Below, one piece after another: positions 14,323 to 28,893 of a stretch of DNA of 64,000 bases. The stretch is from NCBI RefSeq assembly GCF_009914755.1, contig NC_060939.1; one strand, given 5' to 3'. Position 1 is the first letter of the stretch. The number at the start of each line of letters is the position of its first letter. The translations under genes and the position numbers were made by a program. This stretch comes from the human T2T-CHM13v2.0 reference genome, Homo sapiens. The notes under the pieces were generated by a model. That model had not been told where the DNA came from. It was given only the letters and a program-made list of their open reading frames with translations, and made no database searches.

Positions 14323-16248
14323 TATACACATACACATATATGAGTATATGTGTCCATAGATATGCATATACATAAATACATATGTATATATAGAGAGAGT
14401 TATTATGAGAAACTGGCTCATGCAATTCTGGAGGCTGTGAAGTTTTACAATCTGCTATATACAAGCTGGAGACCTATGGAAACAGGTGGTGTAATTCAGT
14501 CCAAATCAGACAGCCTGAGAACCAGGGGAGCGGATGGTGTAAGTCTCAGTCTGAAGGCAGGAGAGATGAGATGTCCCAACACAAGCAGTAAGGCAGAAAA
14601 GAAGGGAGTGACTTCCTCTTTCCTCCTCTGTTTGCTCCACTCTGGTCCTCAATGGATTATTGCATGATGCCTGTCCACACTGGGGAGGACAATCTATGGT
14701 ACCAAGACCACCAACTCAAATGCTAATCTCATATCCAGAGACACTCTCACAGACACACTCAGAAATAATGTTTAATCTGGTCAGCACATGACATGGCCAA
14801 ATTGCCACATGAAATTAACCATCACACAGGCCAAGTGGGGTTTATCCCAGGAATGCAAGGCTTGTTTAATGTTCAAACATTAATCAATGTAATTTGCCAT
14901 ATTAACAGACTGAGGAAAAACAGGATCATCTTAATGGATGCAGAAAAAAATCATTTGACAAAACTCAGCATAGAGTCATGATAAAAACATTCAGCAATCT
15001 ATAAAAAAAGAGATCTTGTAACAAACAGCATCTACAACAAACCTACAGCCAACGTCATTTATAATAATAAGAGGCTCAATACTTTCCCCCTAAGATTGAA
15101 AACAAGACAAGCGCCTCCTCCCTCACCATTCCTATTGAACATTGTTTTTGGAATCCAAATCAGTGCAATAAGAAAATAAATAAAATACATACAATTTGGA
15201 AGGAATAAATTAAACTGTCTCTGCTTATATCCAACATGAATGTCTATTTAGGAAACCTCAAAAAAAAAAACACAAAAATCTTTTAAAACTAATAAGAGAG
15301 TTTAGCAAAATTGCAGAGAACAATAACAATGTATAAAACTCACATTACTATATACCAATATACCAATTAGAATCTGAAATTTAAAAAAAATACCATTTAC
15401 AACAGCACAAAAACATAAGTACTTAGAAATAAATCTAACAAAATATGGTCATAGTTTGAATGTCAAAACCTAAAAAACTCTGAGGAAAGAAATCAAATAC
15501 AAGGTATTTAAAGAGAGATATTTTGTGCATGGTTCAAAAGACTCAAAATTGTTGAGGTCAGTTTTCTCCCATAGTGATCGATAGATTCAATGCAACCTCA
15601 ATCAAAATCCCAGTCAGCTTTTTTTAATAGAAATCACAAGATAATTTCAAAATTTATTTGGAAAGGCAAAGGATCTTGAATAGACAAAGCAATAATGAAA
15701 GACCAAAATTGGAGCTCCCAAGAACCAGTTTTATGGCTTCCTGTAAAGTTACATTAATCATATCGTGCCAAGACAAATGTAAATGCATATGCAAAACAAG
15801 TAAAATGAAATAAACTTGTATGAAACTCAAACTGGATAGACTTTAGTGGAAAATATTAAACTATGCAATTTCTAGAAGAAAACAAAAGAGTAAAACTCCT
15901 TGATCCTGGGTTAAGAAAGAAATAAAAATAGGATAAATGACATTTAAAATATCGGGAATAAAAGAGAATCTATCAATACAGATCCTAGAGTAATAACTTG
16001 GTATGTACAAATAATTTGTTTTGAACAATGTCCTGCCAGTAAATGTGGCAAGTTAACAAAAATGGGTAAATTCCTTGAAAGACACAGCTTACCTAAACAG
16101 GCACCAGAAAAACATATAAAACCGAATCAGTTTATATCTACTGAAGACATCAAATTTATAATAAAAATTTTCTACAAAGAAAACTTGGGGCCTAAATGAT
16201 TTTACTGTTGAATTCTACGAATCATTTAAGACAGGGTTGATGTCAATC

Positions 16249-16391
16249 TTTTTTTTTTTTTTTTTTTTTTTTTAGTAGAGACGGGGTTTCACCATGTTAG
16301 CCAGGATGGTCTCGATCTCCTGACCTCGTGATCTGCCCGCCTCGGCCTCCCAAAGTGCTGGGATTATAGGCGTGAGCCACCGCGCCTGGCC
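16249..16391 (-). mobile_element. AluY-type left monomer only, with 25-nt poly(A) and TSD
   Basis: T25 + agtagagacggggtttcaccatgttagccaggatggtctcgatctcc...cgcgcctggcc; TSD atgtcaatctt at 16240-16250 and 16393-16403. Confidence 0.9.
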
Positions 16392-16492
16392 AATGTCAAT
16401 CTTATATAAAATCTTCAGTAAAAAAAGAGGAGTAGGGAATACTTCCCAACTTCTTTTATGAAGACAAAATAATCCTAATCCGAAAACTTCAC

Positions 16493-16877
16493 AAAGATTG
16501 ACTGAACACAAATGCAAAAAGACAAAGAGAAGAAATGATGGAAAAATGAACACTTTAAAGCTTAAGTGTGAAAAACCATGCTGCCCTCTGTACGCTGTCA
16601 GGCACCTTTGATTGATCAAAGTATCTTCATCCTAGGGCTTCTCTGTTCCTATTTCTTCAGTTAATGTAACTATTTTTTTTTAATGCTAATAAAAAAAAGT
16701 CTCTTAAAAGGAGATCTTTTAAAAATGGCAAGGGATGCATTTTATTTGGGTGTGGCACACAGTGTCAGACGTGGCATATGTGCTGCTCCCCGACCCTGTC
16801 ATGCCTCTAGCCAGCACAATGTGTCAAAGCCCGGATTCCTACTGAACAATCCATGCAGCCACCTTAGAGTGGCTCAG
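16493..16877 (+). repeat. Inverted duplication, arm 1
   Basis: Reverse complement of 18664-19040; about 85-90% identity in the core by manual count. Confidence 0.92.
16595..16617 (+). promoter_or_regulatory. Candidate MEIS/PREP + PBX-HOX composite site
   Basis: CTGTCA-N8-TGATTGATC; motif match only. Confidence 0.4.
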
Positions 16878-16949
16878 CACCTTAGAACTGACTAGAAAAT
16901 GAGGTAACATGGCAGCTGCCCAGCTGTTTGTATTCAAACAGTTGCCCCG

Positions 16950-17960
<1,011 letters not shown>

Positions 17961-18663
17961 TTCAATTTTTTAAAATTAAATTTTCCCTTTATGGTGGTTA
18001 TAGAACTTTTATAGCAGTACATAGTTTACAACAAGGTTAAAACCAAGGCCACGTATTTCTGAGGAAAAGGACGGCAAAGGATTGTAGAGTTGGTGATCAC
18101 CAGGTATACCGTAAGGGGATTCCCTTCTGCAGTAGGTAAGGCCCTATAGGGGCAGAACCAAGCCCCAGGATGCAGGTGCAGCAGAAGAGAGCAGGCTCCA
18201 GCCTTCCTTCCCCACACTCCGATTTATGGCGGGAAGGCTTCAAGATGGAACAGTGGAACTGCCGTGTGCAAGAGATTTGGGTGGAGGGAGATGGGGCTAA
18301 GTCCCAGCAGTGTATCCACGCCACAGAAGAAATCAAGGCCTGAATATGGTCACTGAGACAGTTGTGTATCCACTTCGAAGTCGTGATGATTCAAATGTTG
18401 GTACACGAACAAGGCATTTGGTCAACAGTTGCAGATGGCAGAGACAGATGCCGCCACATAACCCTGTGTTCAGTGAACATCTTAGTTGGAATTAGGCTGG
18501 AGAAAAGGCTGTTCACCAAAGTTCCGTTAGCTTAGTTAGTTGCTCACCATGGTTTTGGGTTTAACATTAAACGCTAACATTGCATTTACATACTTATCAC
18601 TAAAAAGGTGCTAACTAAATTCAAATCAGGGATGGTAAATGCATCTCATTTCATATAAATACT

Positions 18664-19040
18664 CTGACCACTCGGAGGTGGCTGCATGGATTGCTCTGCA
18701 GGAATCAGGGCTACGACCTGTTACTGTGCCAGCCAGGGACAGGATGGGGTGGGGTGGCAGCACATACAGCACATCTGACACTGTCTGCCACACCCAAATA
18801 AAATGCATCCCATGGCATCTTTTAAAGATCTCCTTTTAAGAGACTGTTTTTCATTAGCATTTTTTAAGTAGGTAAGTCAACTGAAGAAATAGGAAAAGAG
18901 ACTCCCTGGGATGAAGATACTTGGATCAATCAAAGATGCCTGACAGCATATAGAGGGCAGCATGGTTTTCCACATTTGCGCTTTAAAGCATTCATTTTTT
19001 TTTTTATCATCTCTTTGTCTTTATGTTCAGGTTGATCTTT
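18664..19040 (-). repeat. Inverted duplication, arm 2
   Basis: Reverse complement matches 16493-16877. Confidence 0.92.
18924..18946 (-). promoter_or_regulatory. Second copy of the MEIS/PREP + PBX-HOX composite site
   Basis: gatcaatca-aagatgcc-tgacag on the plus strand; motif match only. Confidence 0.4.
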
Positions 19041-20448
19041 TTAATTTAACTTTGTATGTTAGATTATGAGTTTCTTTCAGAGCAAGGTAGTGTCTTTTTC
19101 TCAGGTACTTGCAAGTGTTGAGCACCTGGCGATGAGACTTATGCATCGTAAATACAGGATAGGAACAGGGGCTCTAAACCTTGTATTGGCCAGAAATCTA
19201 AAGGAGTAGAAATAGTGGTGTTTGAAGGATTACAATGAGATACACTTTCAATATTCTGGCCTCATAGCCCCGTTTACATGGTCTGTTTTACACGGTGTTA
19301 TTTGTGACTACGTTTGCAACATAATGTTAATATGTGTCCTATCAACTAAACAAAAATCGTTAAATACACACACACTCTGTCTTATGCAGACACCCCTCTG
19401 GACTAGAAAATGGGAAGGAAGCCTCATTATTGGTGGCTTCAAAATATATGTGCAAGAAACAATGAGATTATCAAACAGAATTCCATTGAAACATAGAGCA
19501 GTCACCAATGATATATTTTCCTATATTTCCTTTTGAACATCTGACATATAAATATGATACGTAAAGTGGGCCTTAAATTAACCAGAAAAAAAACTGATAC
19601 TACCTGCAATGGTTGCTGTTTACCCCCAACCAGCAGTTTGAGGACTATCCAGTGGAAGTGACGGAAAGGCAAGGCTGGCATTCTCTGTGCACTCCACCTC
19701 CTGCCAGGGTGAGGGCGATCATGGAAGGAGAAGGTGTTTCTTGAGTTTTTACCATGCTCCGGTCATTATGGAAGGATACAGTAGTGGACAAGGCAGAAAA
19801 TGTCTGCGACTTTGTGGAGACAGATGGTGTGCTTTGCTGGTTTGCTTTGTTTATTTTGTGTTGTGTTTAACCAATATAACTTATTGGTGAGTACAGGAAA
19901 GGGCACCCATGTGTTACTGTTGTTGGGGTCTAGTTGTTTTCCCCACTGTAAGATGATCGCTGCAAGGGCAAGGGAGTGTGAAGCTTATCAGCCTGTGAGA
20001 GGTCCCAGGAGGAGAAGCGTCTGCTCCCTGAAGGTCCTAATCCCTTATCATCCCTGGTGGGGAGCTCTGCAGGGGAATGGTTGGCTTGGAGATGTAGCTC
20101 ATCTCGCACACATGCATTTTATACTCACACCGAAAGAGCAGATTCAATGATATTTGTTAAGGGATAATTGGTCTAATGAAAGAATAGGTCTTCATTTAAA
20201 CTGAAATAATTAATGAATGTTACAGGTTGTGGAGTGCAGATACAGGATACGCAGTTTGTTATTTAACTGTTTATTCTTGCTTAGTAGGTGCAAGAAACAT
20301 AAAACATGAGAAAACTACACTGAAGGTGGGAAGAACTGATTGTCCATTTGGGGACAATTCGAGGGTGAAAAGTAGTGCTTAAAATGACTAAATTATAAAT
20401 ATTAGGATATATTTATATATTGGTTGATAAATCAGGTTTATTCTATGA

Positions 20449-20736
<288 letters not shown>

Positions 20737-22153
20737 CTAAACTTTATAAAATTTTTAGTCATATCTGTGTCCAAATACCATTTTTCTGGTATTTTTTTCC
20801 AATAAGTGCTTTTATTAACAGTCTTTTTAAAATTAGATGGTCTACACTCTTGTTCAAAATCGCATTTTATTGTTCTACATTTTAAATGATTGATAATTGA
20901 TGCACCTGTATATGTCATAATATAGTTTCAAACTTTTTACTATGGAACATTGCAAACATTTTTAAAAGACAGAATAGTAGCATGAATCCCCATGTGCTCA
21001 TCACACAACTTCAATAATTATTAGCTCCCAGTTAGTCTGGTTTCATCTCTACTCACAACTAATTCTCCCCTCTCATTATTATGAAGCAAATCTCTGGCAT
21101 TGTGTCATTTTATTCATAAATATTTCAGTGTGTAACTCTGAAAGACAAGACTTTAAAAAACAGCCAAAACACCATGATCACATCTAAAAACTTAAAATAA
21201 TTTCTTAATATCATGTAATATCCAGTTACTGTTTAAATTTTCAGTTATCTGATTGATCATATTTTCCAGATTTCTGAATAGAGATCTTAATGAGATACAC
21301 ATGTTGCATTTCTTGATATATCTCTTGTCTCTTTTCATCAACGTTCCTCCTGTATGTTCTTTTTTTTTTTTTTTTTTTTTTTTACAATTTATGTTTTGAA
21401 GAAAACAAGTCATTTGTCTTGTAAAGTTTTCCACAGTTTGGATTTTGTAGAGTACATTTCCTAAGTGTCATTTACCTTGTTCCTCTATCTGCTGATTTTC
21501 CTCAAAATTGTTAGATGGATTTGGTGCCTTGATTTAATTCAGACCTGATTTTGTTGATAAGACAATTTATTGGGTGGTGTTATGTTCTTCCATCAGGAAG
21601 TACGTAATGTCTAGTTGTTGTCCTTATTGTGATTTTTGGTAGCCATTGGTGATTAATGCCTAGATTAACTAGTTCTTTCAGAGTTGCAAAGTGGTGATAT
21701 TCTAGTTATGTAATTCCTTCTTCCTTTATTAACCAATATATTACTGTAAAGAAACAGTTCTCTGAAATATGTTTGCTTTTTGTAGCAGTTTGTACAGGAA
21801 GTCTTGATAGGTGCTGATCTTCCTCTTGATTTACCAGTTTTCAATAGCATCCTATAATATTTACTGATCAAACATTTCTTATGTTAGCATCATTGTGAAC
21901 TCAGGGATCTAAACATATCTGATGTGTTTCAATCCATTACAGTTATTATTCTTGTTGATTCTCAGATAGTCACATTTTTAGCCAGTGAAAGCTTCTTTAA
22001 ATAGGCTCTTGATTTTTTTAAAAAAATGATGACTCTCTTTTGTTGGAATAACAAGACTGTTCTGGGCCCATCTTGTACAGTTCCTAAAATCTGACATTTC
22101 TTCACAGTTCTGGTTCTTTTTACCAGGAAGTGGTTGTTAAAGAACACAATCCT

Positions 22154-22475
<322 letters not shown>

Positions 22476-22866
22476 ACACAATCCTTTAACTTTCTGGGAC
22501 CTGTGGTAGAGTATGGGGAAGAACAACACCTGGACACCAGGAGTTCACATAACCACTAAGGAACCATCGTTTCTTGGTATTTTTGTTTTGTTTTGTTTTT
22601 GCGGACAGGGCTAGGAAATCTATTCTTTTTTAAATGATCAAAGACACCATGAGTTTCAACTGACATTCCCAAATCAAATTTGTGACTAGAGGGTTTTTAG
22701 ATAACTTCTATCAATATCTTTCTCCTCTGTCTCCATGCTGAGGATACCAGTTACTGGTTCGTTTCAATAAATGTCTCTGCAGTAATTGTAGTTGTCTCTA
22801 AACTCATTCTCTAATAGATTCTGCAGGAAGGGCTCCTGGGACAATATTTTCTGAGCTCTCACATGT

Positions 22867-22943
22867 TCATGGAAATTTGTAGCCTGTACGCCTGAGAGTC
22901 AGTTGACAAGACTTTCAAGTGTACAGGCTACAAATTGCTATGA
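22867..22943 (+). repeat. Imperfect inverted repeat (34-bp stem, 9-nt loop)
   Basis: tcatggaaatttgtagcctgtacgcctgagagtc / gactttcaagtgtacaggctacaaattgctatga. Confidence 0.9.
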
Positions 22944-23119
22944 GGTCACATTTTCTTACTAGAAAATCTTACTATATGTCTCTGTGTTCTGGCATAAAAT
23001 ATTACCATTGAACAGGTGAACTTGTTTGCAGTGTGATTTTGGCAGCATTTTCATTTTCCTGACAATCCTTTGAAAGCTAAAATAATTTAGAGCGTGATAT
23101 TAACTAAAAGATACTAACA

Positions 23120-23414
23120 GGCCACGTGCGGTGGCTCACGCCTGTAATCCCAGCACTTTGGGAGGCTGAGGCAGGCAGATCACCTGAGGTCAGGAGTTTG
23201 AGATTAGCCTGGCCAATATAGTGAAACCCTGTCTCTACTAAATATACCAAAATCTGTAATCCCAGCTACTTGGGAGGCTGAGGCAAGAAAAGCATTGAAC
23301 CCAGGAGGCAGAGGTTACAGTGAGCTGAGATCACACCATTCCACTCCAGCCTGGGTGACAAGTGTGAGACTCTATCACACACACACACACACACAAAAAA
23401 AAAAAAAACCACCA
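23120..23414 (+). mobile_element. AluS (Sx/Sq-like) with short deletion at the start of the right arm and (CA)n-A tail
   Basis: Linker runs directly into ctgtaatcccagctac; TSD agatactaaca. Confidence 0.9.
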
Positions 23415-24533
23415 GATACTAACAGAGAAACTTAAGGAAAAGAATATTTACTATAAGATATTGTCTTCTGAATTATTTCAAATATACGTAATTGCTAAAT
23501 AGAGCTAAGCCATTCAATCTCAAAAATCTGGCTCTATCAAGCTCCCCCAAATTTGAATGGAAATCCTGAATATTTCCATTCACAAAGATGTGACAGAGAG
23601 AAAACAATATTGGACTTGTGAAATATTCTATAGGAAACAGGTTTTTAAATTCTACTTAGGTAAAGAAGTGGGAACAATTCAAATTAAAAGTAATGGAAAG
23701 ATTAATCTAGACCAAAGGGTATGATGGGAAAAGAGAAATAAAAAAGAAAAATGTATCTTATTACAGATTTCATTGTTGCTGTTTTTTTAATCTTTAAATT
23801 CCAGATTTATGTATAAGTAAAAATGAAGGCCTTTTGGATGATATTTTGAATGTAATAAACATCATCTTTTAGTAAAATAGATATCCCTGTTCTTCACTTT
23901 AACATATATTATCATTCTATTTCATGCAAATATATATTTACATTCAAAAATTTTAATTGTCATATAATATTCTCAAAACTTTATTAAAGTATACACATAC
24001 ATCATTACTATAGCAAAAAAGGGCTTTCCTACACATAGCACTGTAAAGTTTTATTTAAATTTTAAAAACAGGTCTAAATTAGTTTCAATTTAGAATGTCT
24101 GCTTTGATTTTCACACCACATGTATTTTCTACCCACAGTAAAGTAGCAAATTCAGAAAAACCTTTTAAGTGCTAATAGCTCTAATAAAAGAATGGGTCTT
24201 CACCTCAACTGTGAAACAGTTAATGTCATGAGTTGTAAGATACAGACACACAGTTCTCATTTTGAGTTACTTGGCTGCTCTTCCTTGCCTTGCTTCATCA
24301 TACAAACAATAATAAGGTCGAGGCAGGAATTCTGCGAAGGGTGGATTTCTTACTAGTTCATTAGTTCCCAAGGAGTGTCCACAGAACATTCAATCACACA
24401 GGATCTGAAGGCTCTGATCAGCACGAGGCACCGCAAGAGGCAGGAGGAGGATTCTGTGTGTCATTACATTCTTTCTAAGTAGAGATCATCTTAGGGCCTT
24501 TCAATGTGTGTTATTGACTTTTTAAGAGGAGGT

Positions 24534-24835
24534 GGCAGGGTGCGGTGGCTTACACCTGTAATCCCAGAACTTTGGGAGGCTGAGGCGGGCAGATCAAGAG
24601 GTCAAGAGATCGAGACCATCCTGGCTAATACAGTGAAACTGCGTCTCTACTAAAAATACAAAAAATTATCCGGGCGTGGTGGTGGGCGCCTGTAGTCCCA
24701 GCTATTCGGGAGGCTGAGGCAGGAGAATGGCGTGAACTCAGGAGTCAGAGCTTGCAGTGAGCCGAGATTGCACCACTGCACTCCAGGCTGGGCGACAGAG
24801 CGAGACTCCATCTCAAAAAAAAAAAAAAAGAAAAA
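24534..24835 (+). mobile_element. AluY
   Basis: accatcctggctaa, gaatggcgtgaac, gagcttgcagtgagccgag, poly(A). Confidence 0.93.
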
Positions 24836-25463
24836 GGGGGGGAGGCAAAAAACTCCTTAAGAGTTTCTCAAATGCATTTTATTACAGAACCCTTTAAAGG
24901 ACTGTGCATGACTAACATTCCATAGAATAAATCAGATGAACACCCTACAAGCGCACAGGTATCTTCCAAGAGGGAAGAACCAGGCAGATGACATACCTCA
25001 ATGCGGGTAAGAGAAGTCAGGAATCCGGTAGTGCAGGGTGAGTGCATGTGGGCCTCTTTCCCTGGTGAAGAGGGATTGACTGCTAGTCGGAGTTCCACAA
25101 AAGTAGGAAAGCTGTAGCGAACACCGTAAGCTGAGACAGACCCACTGATGCTCAGGTCTGGAGAGATCATAAACATAATAGAAAACAAAAAAGACACATT
25201 TCATCTTCTTTGCTAAAAACCTAAGAATGCTCACTGCCAAGCATGACAATTGCTTACTCCCAAGCATGGCAGTTGAACTTCAGTCCCTCCTGACTCGGGC
25301 ACCCAGCCCTGGCTTTCTGCTCCCTGTGTACTCAATGGTGGTCATAGCAGAGGCCGTGGCAGGAGAAGCACAGTGGCAGGAGGGCTGGCACAAGGTTCAG
25401 GTGCCACTGGCAGGCATGCATGACGAGTGTTAGGAGCCCGGGTCCAGGTGTTTGAAAGCAGCA

Positions 25464-25630
25464 CAGTGTGTCTCATAGTGGAACATGCATGTGAGTCAGC
25501 CAGGGGTCTTGTGATGATTGCAGACTCTCATGTGCTAGGCCTGGGCTGGGGTCTGGGATTCTGCATTTTCAATAGGCTCCCAGGTGATGCCAGTGCTGCT
25601 CGTCTGTGGACCACACTTTGAGAAGCGAGG
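25464..25630. mobile_element. MER5A (hAT-Charlie)
   Basis: ctgcattttcaataggctcccaggtgatgccagtgctgct...ggaccacactttgagaagc. Confidence 0.8.
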
Positions 25631-25654
25631 TTTTACAGCATCATAAAGAACCCT

Positions 25655-26116
25655 TGTATTAGTCAGGGTTCTCTAGAGGGACAGAACTAATAGGATAGAT
25701 GTATACATAAAGGGGAGTTTATTAAGGAGTATCGACTCACGCAATGAGGTTCTACAATAGGTGAGGTTCTACAATAGGCTGTCTGCAAGCCAAGGAGCAA
25801 GGAAGCCAGTCCAAGTCGCAAAGCTGAAGAACTTGGAGTCCGATGTTTCAGGGCAGGAAGCATCCAGCATGGGAGAAACACGTAGGCCAGAAAACTAAAC
25901 CAGTCTAGTCTTTCCACGTTCTTCTGCCTGTTTTTTTTTCTGGCCACACTGGCAGTTGATTAGATTTTGCCCACCCAGATTGAGGCTGGGTCTGCCTTTC
26001 CCAGCCCACTGACTCAAATGTTACTCTCCTTTGGCAACACCCTCACAGACACACCTAGGAACAATATTTTGCATCCTTCAATCCAGTCAAGTTGACACTC
26101 AGTATTAACCATCACA
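25655..26116 (-). mobile_element. MLT2A (A2-like) ERVL solo LTR
   Basis: tgtattagtcagggttctctagagggacagaactaatagg ... caagttgacactcagtattaaccatcaca; perfect TSD accct; internal 17-bp tandem duplication at 25745-25778. Confidence 0.93.
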
Positions 26117-27197
26117 ACCCTTTAAGCCCAAACTTCACAGTTTACATCTCTCTAAGAAGCATCCACACCCATCTTTGGACATTAGACTTCTCAATCTTGG
26201 CTACTGTCCCAAAGATCAATTTGCCTTCTATATTGCCAAATCCAAGATCGAATTTGAGTCCCCGTCTTACTCAGCCTATCAGTAAGGTCTATCGATCCTA
26301 ATGATGGCTGTTTCCTCATAGAGATGCATTTCTTTCAACTTGGCTTTGAGGATAACACACATGCCTCGTTTTTCTCCTTTGCTGGTTCCTACTCATCAAC
26401 CCATTCTCTTAAAGTTGAAATGCTTCCAGGCTTAGTACATGGATCTCTTATCTTCTGGGTCTCTTTTGATGCTCTCATCTGGTTTCACGGCTTTAGCTTG
26501 CACCTATTCCCTGTTGATCACCCCTCACCCTCACCTTCAGCTGAGACCTCTCCCCTGAATTTCAGTCTTGCAGATACAGCAGTCAATGCAACATCTACAC
26601 ATGGATGCTAAATACACATGTCAACATGCTCTTCTTCCAAAAACTCACTCCAACCAAACTTCTCAGTTAGAGGAAGTTGCTTAGGGAAACAACCTGAGAT
26701 GCATTCTTAATTTGTTACTTTGTATCACACCCACCTCCAGTTCATGAGAAAATCTTCTTCTTGGATACCCTACAAATATATCAGCATCTGATCACTGCAC
26801 CACATCCACTGCCACCCCTAAGGACCCCTGTCTCCCACCCTGATTATGTTGCATTCTCCTACCAGGTCGTCTTGTGGTTTTCCATGGCTCCCTACAAGTG
26901 ATTCTCAACATGAAGCCAGCATGATCCTGTTAACAAATAAGGCCAATTATGTCATTTTACTGTTCAAAACCCTCCAATTGCTTCCTGTCTGACTCTGGGT
27001 CAACATTCCATACAGGGCTTCTAAGGACCTGCAGGACTGATCCTCTCTTTACCTCCCTTATCTCACCTCCTGTCTTCCCTACCCACTCTCACAGTCCAAG
27101 TCACATTGTCTTCCAAACATGACCAGAATACAAAGGCACCTTCACCTCAGGACCATTGCACCTGCTGCTCCTGGTGCCTAGAAATATCATCCCCAAG

Positions 27198-27690
27198 TAA
27201 AAGAAGAACTTCAGACAAACTACATTTAACACAGCAAGAAACAATTCATGAGTCAAGCAGCACTCAGACAAGAAGAGGCACCAAGCACTCCACCCAATGG
27301 CATGAGCACAGCTGGGGCAGTGAGCTTTTACAGGAGAACACTGAAACGAAGCCAAGAAACCATTGCATTGGTGACAGTTGGGGTCTCCCTGTCTCAGTGT
27401 GGTGTGATGGGCATTTGCCTTATCTGGGTGTGGTGTGATGGGCATCTGCCCTGTCTGGGTGTGGTGTGATGAGCATCTACCTTGTCTGAGTGTGGTGTGA
27501 TGGGGCATCTGCTTTTCTGGATGTTGTGTGATGGGCATCTGTGAAGTGTGGGTGTGGTGTGACGGGTATCTGCCCTGTCTTGGAGTGGTGTAATGGGCAT
27601 CTGTCTTGTCTGTGTGTGCTATGATGGACCTAAACCTTGTCTCATCATGGTGTGATGGGCATCTTCTGCTTTGGGGCTTCTTCTTGTTTA
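27198..27690 (-). mobile_element. ERV1 LTR remnant (MER49/MER65/MER90-like) hosting a minisatellite
   Basis: taaaagaagaacttcagacaaactacatttaac...attcatgagtcaagcagcactcaga...gcagtgagcttttacagg resembles this LTR group (from memory). Confidence 0.5.
27382..27664. repeat. 31-bp minisatellite, about 9 diverged copies
   Basis: Consensus ggcatctgccctgtctgggtgtggtgtgatg. Confidence 0.92.
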
Positions 27691-28893
27691 ATACCCTAGT
27701 ATTTACATGGCTGGTTGTCTGCCAATTTTTGTCTTTGTTCAGATTATATCTTTTCAGGGAGGTCTTCTTGAACTTTCTTACTTAAACCTTATCTCTTGCA
27801 GACATTTCCTATTTCCCTTTCCTGATGTGTTTATCTTCGTATTTTGCTTCATCATTTGATGTACTGTACGTTTTCCTTACCTGTTGTGTTTATTTCAGGC
27901 CCATTAATCAAATGAAAGAAACTGAAAAGTACAGTACCTTTCCTCCCTGCTCTGACTGTTTTTCTGGTCCTCAATCATGAGCTGGAGTAGGAAAGTACCA
28001 TGAAATTTATTAGGAAGGATGTTTCTCCACTTTTTTCTCTCTCTGTGGCCCCTCAAACCAGTACACAAATCATTAGATTCTTGTCAATTTTATAATGAAT
28101 ATAACATTAAAGGATCAGATTAGAATAAAATTTGCTAATAGGAGAATAATGTGCAGGTTTACTAAATCTTAAAAGTTCTCAAGAGATGGATCCTTTGTCT
28201 TAACTTCCTTTACTTGCTTGTGGCCAGAAGAATGGATGCCTTCTTCTCGTGAAGTTCCAGCATGCTTTCCAGGAAACTCTTACATCAAGTTTTTGGGTGA
28301 CAATCAACTCAGACTGTGTCTTTAGTATGCTGAAGATCAGCACCATTCCTGAGACCAGGGAGAAAGAATTCCTTAGTGACTGTGGTCTGTAGGAATCACC
28401 AGTAATGCAGAGAACAGATGATTGATGTTTAACAATAGAACACACTCTTGGTCAACAGTGTTATGTTCACCATTACCTTTAGGATCCTTAAGTGACAGCT
28501 CCATGTGGGGTTCATCTTTGCCTCCTCATTGTTCAGGTCCTGCTGGGGGACCCAGATTAGCCTTACCAGAACAGTGCCCAATGAGACCTGTGACAGAAAA
28601 GACCTAGGAACATGCGGTTAAAAAATAGAGGTGGTTATAGATGGCAGACAGGAGACAGGGAGAACTGTGCCATGAGTTTGAAAACTGAAATAAAGCAGGT
28701 TTAAAAATGGGAGAATAAATATTGGGATCATGAACTGCTGAAAGAATCTTCGGTAGTCAAAATCAGGCCAAGTGCTTCAGGATTAAATCTTGCACAGTGC
28801 GAAGTTGATGGCATCTTATTTTTAATGTGGTGCCAATAAATGACACAGGGCTAAGTGAGTACGAAAATAGGTGCACTCAAGAAAAAGGCAAGA

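Larger units (their letters stand above)
14049..14826 (-). mobile_element. MLT2B-like ERVL solo LTR containing (CA)n/(TA)n and a Tigger insertion
   Basis: tattagtcagggctctccagagaagcagaa ... gaaattaaccatcaca. Confidence 0.85.
13700..16497 (+). mobile_element. Further L1M ORF2 fragments (at least two separate overlapping pieces)
   Basis: ORF2-like blocks recur, e.g. caggctcagatggtctcactggtaaaatcc (13770) and gggcctaaatgattttactgttgaattctac (16190); interrupted by MLT2B and an Alu monomer. Confidence 0.75.
26200..27890 (+). mobile_element. L2 fragment split by an LTR-like insertion at about 27200-27690
   Basis: attgccaaatccaa, cttggctttgaggataacac, ctgttcaaaaccctccaattgcttcc, cctcaggaccattgcacctgctgctcc. 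Confidence 0.75.

Noticed and set aside
27101-27664. 31-bp array as a CRISPR-like locus or repetitive protein
   Set aside because: Head-to-tail units with no unique spacers, eukaryotic context and no cas genes; the ORFs are array by-products.
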